A stretch of 64,000 bases of DNA from Chthoniobacteraceae bacterium (GTDB lineage Bacteria; Verrucomicrobiota; Verrucomicrobiia; Chthoniobacterales; Chthoniobacteraceae): the NCBI GenBank assembly GCA_037190965.1, contig JBBCKI010000003.1:1-64000 (forward strand), written 5' to 3'. Below are positions 58,650 to 64,000 of the stretch, piece after piece (the first letter of the stretch is position 1; each line of letters starts with the position of its first letter). Below the pieces are notes generated by a model. That model worked only from the letters and a program-made list of their open reading frames with translations. It did not search any database and had not been told where the DNA came from. A program made the position numbers and the translations under genes.

Positions 58650-58976
58650 ATGAAGCTTCGCCCGTCCGCTCCGGAACCGGCTCCGCTGCCGCGCAGCCAG
58701 AATTCGCCCCAGATCACGCAGCTTGAAAATCAGGTAGAGCGCCTGATGCTGATCACCGAGGCCCTCTGGTCCATTCTCAGGGAGCAACACGGTTACGGCG
58801 AAAAGGAGCTTCTGCGTCGAATCGTGGAGATCGACATGAAAGACGGAAAACTCGATGGCCGCGTCGCCCCCTCGCCTCCGGAGACGTGCCCGAAATGCAG
58901 CCGGGTGACCTCACGCCTCAGGATCTGCTGCATGTTCTGCGACGAACCCAGGATCGTCGATCCCTTCGCCCGCTAA
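58650..58976 (+). CDS. Hypothetical protein with coiled coil and C-terminal zinc ribbon
   Basis: LENQVERL..ITEALW, EID.KDGKLDG, CPKC...CMFC. Confidence 0.75.
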   Translation: MKLRPSAPEPAPLPRSQNSPQITQLENQVERLMLITEALWSILREQHGYGEKELLRRIVEIDMKDGKLDGRVAPSPPETCPKCSRVTSRLRICCMFCDEPRIVDPFAR

Positions 58977-58989
58977 CCACCCCTCATCA

Positions 58990-60843
58990 ATGATGGCCAC
59001 CCGCCCGGAAAACGCACTCTCCTCCAACGCGTTAACCGGCACACCGGGGGCCGAGCGAATCCGCATCTACGAGCTTTTCATCCGGCTCTTCGGAAATACC
59101 CACCGGGGGCTCAAAACCAACGGGACACTCGAGGAGAACGGCTGCGGCAAGTTTGACGATCTCGACAAGGCCACTCTGGAGTCGATCCGCGCCATGGGAT
59201 TCACGCACCTCTGGCTGATGGGCGTCGCCCGTCAGGCAACGGCAACCGACTACTCGATCCTGGGCCTTCCCGCTGACGACCCCGACCTGCTCAAAGGCCT
59301 CGCGGGGAGCCCGTATGCCCTGCGGGATGTGTACGACGTTTGCCCGGACTACGCCAGGCGCCCGGCGCGGCGTGTCGAAGAATTCAAGGCGCTGGCGGCC
59401 CGCATTCACGAGGCGGGGCTGAAGGTGATCATCGACCTCATCCCCAACCATGTCGCCCGCTCCCACGCCTCGGTGGTGGCACCAGAGGACGACTTCGGCC
59501 GCAATGATGACCCGAGCCGTTTCTTCAGCCCGAACAACAATTTCTTTTATCTCACACCGGGCGAGGACGGCCCGCCGCTGCGGCTCCCGACCGTGGATGG
59601 AGAGGGCCGCGCGCTGAGCGTGACCTGCAAGGTGCTGGGCGGGTGCGACGGGCTGTTTGAGGGCGAGCTGGAGCATGGACGCGTGACTGGCAATAACGTG
59701 GCGAACTGGCACCCGCACCCCAATGACTGGTACGAAACGGTAAAGCTCAACTACGGCTATGATTTCACCACCGGGCAGGCGGAATACCCGCACCCGGGAG
59801 ATCCGGCAAAGCCGGTGCCCGATACCTGGCACAAAATGGATCGGGTGATCGCCTGCTGGCAACGGCGGGGGGCGGATGGGTTCCGCTGCGACATGGCGCA
59901 CCTTGTGCCGGCGGAGTTCTGGGGTTGGGCAATCCCGCGGGCCCGGAAGCGCAAGCCCGGCGTTCTCTTCCTTGCGGAAGCCTACGATGACGATCCAGCA
60001 AAGGTCTCGCGGGAGTCCGCACTTTCAGCCTTGATCGACGCAGGGTTCGACGCGGTTTACGATCATCGCTCCTACCAGACGCTCAAGCGGCTCTATGACG
60101 GCCCTGGCTGGGCCAATGACCTCTGGCCATCCCTCGGTGCTCGCGCGATTCACTACGCGGAGAATCATGACGAAGTCCGCCTCGCCGCCATGGGCGAATG
60201 GGGCGGCGTGGGCCGGGAAGTAGGGCGGCCCGTGAGCGCGATTCTCTATGGGCTTTCGCCAGGACCGGTGCTCTTTTACAATGGGCAGGAAGTGGGGGAA
60301 CCGGCGGCCGAGTCGCTCGGCTTCGGCGGCGGCAACGGGCGCACCAGCCTTTTTGATTATGGGACCATGCCCGAATTGGTAAAATGGCGGGAAAACAAGC
60401 TCTCGCCTGATCAGGAGGCGTTGCGGGCCTTCTATGGCCGTCTGTTGCATTTGATCGGCGAGCCCGCATTCCGTGACGGCATCCTCTTTCGCCTCAACCC
60501 CGCCAACCTGCAAAGCCCCCGCTTCGGAAGGCTGCCGGGCGAAGCCGCCAGCGGCCATTGGATGTTCGCCTTCCTTCGCCACGACGCGGCCACGGGACAG
60601 GGATTTCTGGTGATCGCCAACCTTCACCCTGAAGCAAGCTTTCGCGACGTCCCGGTGATAATCCCCGACGAGGCGTTGCAAGAGCTCGGCTTGGAACCTG
60701 AGAGCCATGTTGTTTTTACGGAACGACTTTCCTCCTCGCCCCCGCTCCGGTTGTCAATGCCCGCCAGGGAGGTGCGCATTCCCGTGATCCCGCCATTGAC
60801 TCCCTTTTACATGGAATTTAGAGCGTTGAATCCCATCTTATGA
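58990..60843 (+). CDS. GH13 alpha-amylase family glycosidase
   Basis: DLIPNH, GFRCDMAH (nucleophile), LAEAY (acid/base), ENHDE. Confidence 0.92.
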   Translation: MMATRPENALSSNALTGTPGAERIRIYELFIRLFGNTHRGLKTNGTLEENGCGKFDDLDKATLESIRAMGFTHLWLMGVARQATATDYSILGLPADDPDLLKGLAGSPYALRDVYDVCPDYARRPARRVEEFKALAARIHEAGLKVIIDLIPNHVARSHASVVAPEDDFGRNDDPSRFFSPNNNFFYLTPGEDGPPLRLPTVDGEGRALSVTCKVLGGCDGLFEGELEHGRVTGNNVANWHPHPNDWYETVKLNYGYDFTTGQAEYPHPGDPAKPVPDTWHKMDRVIACWQRRGADGFRCDMAHLVPAEFWGWAIPRARKRKPGVLFLAEAYDDDPAKVSRESALSALIDAGFDAVYDHRSYQTLKRLYDGPGWANDLWPSLGARAIHYAENHDEVRLAAMGEWGGVGREVGRPVSAILYGLSPGPVLFYNGQEVGEPAAESLGFGGGNGRTSLFDYGTMPELVKWRENKLSPDQEALRAFYGRLLHLIGEPAFRDGILFRLNPANLQSPRFGRLPGEAASGHWMFAFLRHDAATGQGFLVIANLHPEASFRDVPVIIPDEALQELGLEPESHVVFTERLSSSPPLRLSMPAREVRIPVIPPLTPFYMEFRALNPIL

Positions 60844-61610
60844 AAACCGGCCTCCTCTTCCTCCTTGCCGCCACTCCTGCTCTTGCCCAAGACCCGGTCG
60901 CAGCCGATCCGGCCCACAACACGCTCCTGCTCGACAATGACCGAGTACGGGTTTTCGAAACCCGGCTCGCGCCGGGCGAGACGTCCGCGATGCACTCGCA
61001 CCCGGCGTTCGTGGCGTACAGCCTGACCGACGCGCAGGCAAAATTCACCTTCGAAAACGGCACCAGCCGGGAGGTGACGCTCAAACAAGGCCTCACCGCA
61101 TGGAACCCGCCGCTGACGCACTCCGTGCTCAATACCGGGACCACCGGGTTTCGCGTCCTGCACGTCGAACTCAAAGAAGCGCCTCAGCCCCCTGAAGTCC
61201 CCCGCCCTGTAGCCACGGAATCACATTACTTTAACGAGGCCGATCTGAAATGGGTGGACGCCCCCCCCGACTCGCTGCCAAAGGGATGCCGGATCGCGAT
61301 TCTGGAAGGAGACCCCTCGCGGCCCGGTCCGTTTACGATGCGCGTCAAATTCCCGGCAGGCAGCCGCATGCAGCCTCACTGGCACCCCGCCGACGAGCAT
61401 GCCACGGTGCTTTCCGGCGTCCTGAAAGTCGGCAAGGGAGACGCCTTTGATGAAAACAAGACCGCCGCGATCACCCGTTCCGGCTTTATGCTAATGCCCG
61501 CCGGCATGCACCACTTTGCCTTATTCCCGGAAGAAACCGTACTCCAGCTTCATGGCATGGGCCCATGGAAAGTAATTTATCTGGAAGAGGCGAAAGCGGT
61601 TACAAAATAG
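60840..61610 (+). CDS. Secreted tandem cupin-domain protein
   Basis: Signal peptide; cupin 1 MHSHP...HSVLN; cupin 2 PHWHPADE...MHHFA. Confidence 0.82.
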   Translation: MKTGLLFLLAATPALAQDPVAADPAHNTLLLDNDRVRVFETRLAPGETSAMHSHPAFVAYSLTDAQAKFTFENGTSREVTLKQGLTAWNPPLTHSVLNTGTTGFRVLHVELKEAPQPPEVPRPVATESHYFNEADLKWVDAPPDSLPKGCRIAILEGDPSRPGPFTMRVKFPAGSRMQPHWHPADEHATVLSGVLKVGKGDAFDENKTAAITRSGFMLMPAGMHHFALFPEETVLQLHGMGPWKVIYLEEAKAVTK

Positions 61611-61673
61611 AATACCGAGAGAAATTGGCGCAGTAGCGCCAACTCTCCGGTTTCCACTCTCCGCTTTCCGACC

Positions 61674-63233
61674 TCAATAGGATTTTGCCCAGAGCACCCG
61701 CTTCTTGCTAGGCTCGCCGCAAACCACGCACGCGCCCTCTTCTTCCACGGCATCAAAGGGAATGCAACGGATCGTCACTTTCAGGCGGCTCTTCACATCC
61801 TCCTCGCACTTCGGCGAGCCGCACCAGTGGGCCCGGGCAAAACCGCCGTGAATCTCCGGTTTCTGTGCGTTCTTCGCGGTGAAGAAGGCGTCGAACTCCT
61901 CGCGGGTATCGATGCAACGCGTATTGGCATTCCGGTACTCCAGCGCGCGGGCGTAGAGCGTGTCCTGAATGGACTGCAAGACCTCGGCAATCCGCCCCGA
62001 CGCGTCGGCCGCCGGGATGAATTCCTTTTCCTTGGCACTCCGGTCGCGACGGGCGAGCGCCACGGTCCCCTGCTCCAGGTCGCGCGGTCCGATCTCGATC
62101 CGCACGGGAATCCCCTTTTTGATCCACTCCCAGTTTTTGACCCCGCCACCGAGATCGCGCTTGTCGACCTCCACCACAACGGACTCCCCATGGAAACGTT
62201 GCGCGCGGAGTTCCCCGGCCAGCTTCTCCGCGGCCGCGATCACGGCGTCGCGGGTCTCCGGCTTCGGCGTCACGGGGAGGATCACCACGTGCGAAGGGGC
62301 GACACGCGGCGGGATGATCATGCCGTCATCGTCGGCGTGCGCCATGATGAGCGTCCCAATGAGGCGGGTGCTGACGCCCCAGCTTGTCGTCCAGGCAAAC
62401 TCTTCGCGCCCTTCGCGGGATTGGAAGCGGATGTTGCTGGCCTTGGCAAAATTCTGACCGAGGAAGTGCGACGTTCCTGCCTGGATCGCCTTGCGATCCT
62501 GCACCATCGCCTCGATGCAAAGGGTGGAGACGGCTCCGGGGAAACGCTCGCTCTCGCTCTTCTCGCCGCAGTAGACGGGCACCGCAAGATGCTCGCGGGC
62601 AAAGGTTTCGTAAACACCGAGCATCTTCTCGGTTTCCTCGATCGCCTCTTCCTTGGTCTCATGGGCGGTATGCCCCTCCTGCCAGAGGAATTCGGCGGTG
62701 CGGAGGAAAAGACGCGGGCGCATTTCCCAGCGGACGACATTGGCCCACTGGTTGATCAGAATCGGCAGATCGCGGTACGACTGCACCCATTTTGCATAGG
62801 TGGCCCCGATGATCGTCTCCGACGTGGGGCGAACCACCAGCGGCTCCGTCAGTTCGGCGGCGGGTGCCGGACGCATCTTGCCATCCGCGCCCACCTCCAG
62901 CCGGTGATGCGTTACCACGGCGCACTCCTTGGCAAAGCCCTCCACGTGGGCAGCCTCTTTTTCGAGGTAGCTGATGGGGATAAAGAGCGGGAAATAGGCG
63001 TTCTTGTGCCCGGTTTCCTTGAACATCACGTCAAGCTGCCGCTGCATCGCTTCCCAGAGGCCGTAGCCCCACGGCTTGATGACCATGCAGCCGCGCACGT
63101 CGGAGTTCTCAGCCATCTCCGCAGCGCGGACGACCTGTTGATACCACTCGGGAAAATCTTCGTCGCGACGGGGGGTGATCGCTGTTTTAACGGATTGGGC
63201 TTGGGCTTGGCCCTTGGGCTGGGACTGACTCAT
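61674..63233 (-). CDS. proS: Proline--tRNA ligase (archaeal/eukaryotic-like type)
   Basis: RPTSET, WANVVRWE, FLWQEGHT, QAGTSH, SWGVSTR; C-terminal TIRCIP...C..C...AKSY. Confidence 0.97.
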   Translation of the reverse strand: MSQSQPKGQAQAQSVKTAITPRRDEDFPEWYQQVVRAAEMAENSDVRGCMVIKPWGYGLWEAMQRQLDVMFKETGHKNAYFPLFIPISYLEKEAAHVEGFAKECAVVTHHRLEVGADGKMRPAPAAELTEPLVVRPTSETIIGATYAKWVQSYRDLPILINQWANVVRWEMRPRLFLRTAEFLWQEGHTAHETKEEAIEETEKMLGVYETFAREHLAVPVYCGEKSESERFPGAVSTLCIEAMVQDRKAIQAGTSHFLGQNFAKASNIRFQSREGREEFAWTTSWGVSTRLIGTLIMAHADDDGMIIPPRVAPSHVVILPVTPKPETRDAVIAAAEKLAGELRAQRFHGESVVVEVDKRDLGGGVKNWEWIKKGIPVRIEIGPRDLEQGTVALARRDRSAKEKEFIPAADASGRIAEVLQSIQDTLYARALEYRNANTRCIDTREEFDAFFTAKNAQKPEIHGGFARAHWCGSPKCEEDVKSRLKVTIRCIPFDAVEEEGACVVCGEPSKKRVLWAKSY

Positions 63234-64000
63234 AGTTGTTGCAAAAAGTTGCGGTAAAATTCGACGCCGCCATGGAGATCGTCGACACAAAGCCACTCAT
63301 CCTTGGTATGCGCCTGGGTAATGGAACCGGGCCCGGCGGCAACGGCGGGGACGCCCGCCGTGGAGAACACCGCCGCATCGCAAAACCAGCTTGCGCCGCC
63401 GCATTGCTTCCCGGCGCGCTCCAGCGTGGATACCAACGGATGCGCGGGGTCGGTCCAAAGCGGACGCGACTCACGATAAATGCCTTCCAGGCCGGGATCG
63501 ATTTTTCTGAATTCGGAGAGCAGGCGCTCACCGAGCGGCGAGTCGTCCTCGGCATAAAGCTCCGGGGTCGTCCGAATATCGACGGTGATCTCGCAAAAAT
63601 CCGGGACGATGTTCGTGCGGCTGCCGCCATGGATCGTTCCCACACTGAGTGTTGGCGACCCGAGCACCGGATTGGTCAACTTCGCAAATCGCGGCATCAA
63701 CCCCTCGCGCAGGTAGGTGATCACCTCCTGCATTTTATAGATCGCGTTCACGCCGGTCTCCGGAGCCGAACTATGGACTGCGACGCCGCGCGTCGTCAGC
63801 TTGAACCAGCAGGAACCTTTGTGCGCATGGACCACGGTAGGGCCGGTAGGCTCTCCAACAAGGGCGAAGCAATGCTCGGGATTCTCCGCGCAGTATTCCT
63901 TAACGAAGGCTTTGGAGCCATGTTGCCCGGTTTCCTCTCCCATCAATCCCACAAACCAGATCTCATGATCCAGAGAGGGAATCTGTTCCCGGAGTTCCCT
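63230..64000 (-). CDS. M20-family metallopeptidase/deacylase (ArgE/DapE-like), 3' part only
   Basis: GEETG, VGEPT, HSSAPETGVNAI, GPGSITQAHTKDE; frame runs off the window end. Confidence 0.88.
   Translation of the reverse strand, partial: RELREQIPSLDHEIWFVGLMGEETGQHGSKAFVKEYCAENPEHCFALVGEPTGPTVVHAHKGSCWFKLTTRGVAVHSSAPETGVNAIYKMQEVITYLREGLMPRFAKLTNPVLGSPTLSVGTIHGGSRTNIVPDFCEITVDIRTTPELYAEDDSPLGERLLSEFRKIDPGLEGIYRESRPLWTDPAHPLVSTLERAGKQCGGASWFCDAAVFSTAGVPAVAAGPGSITQAHTKDEWLCVDDLHGGVEFYRNFLQQL

Noticed and set aside
9535..63257. Many long antisense or alternate-frame ORFs (e.g. 9535-10569, 33268-34581, 51531-52796, 61827-63257)
   Set aside because: They shadow well-supported genes in GC-rich DNA and have no recognisable motifs.

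Overview
Bacterial chromosomal window, most likely from a Verrucomicrobia (PVC) organism. This placement is inferred from a PEP-CTERM protein, an H-X9-DG pseudopilin, a DUF4838-like protein and the autotransporter style. GC-rich housekeeping genes (bioA, accD, folC, argH, purS-purQ-purL-purF-purM, proS, a UbiD-family decarboxylase, tRNA-Val(CAC)) alternate with accessory blocks: a two-component system, a glycan-utilisation locus, an autotransporter, a methyltransferase/flavoenzyme pair, a 2293-aa C39-peptidase/TPR membrane protein and an AT-richer beta-helix protein. The most interesting region is about 35.96-38.35 kb. It holds a three-gene operon encoding an ADP-ribosyltransferase-like toxin, an acidic putative antitoxin and a SecB-like chaperone, i.e. 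a CmdTAC-like toxin-antitoxin-chaperone system and likely phage defence. The antitoxin ends in an ssrA-tag mimic (AAENEHLALAA) that is partly dual-coded with the start of the chaperone. The operon appears to sit between the decayed 5' and 3' halves of a transposase. Three different intergenic palindromic/MITE-like elements are also visible. All family calls come from motif recognition by eye; no searches were run, and GC comparisons are visual estimates.
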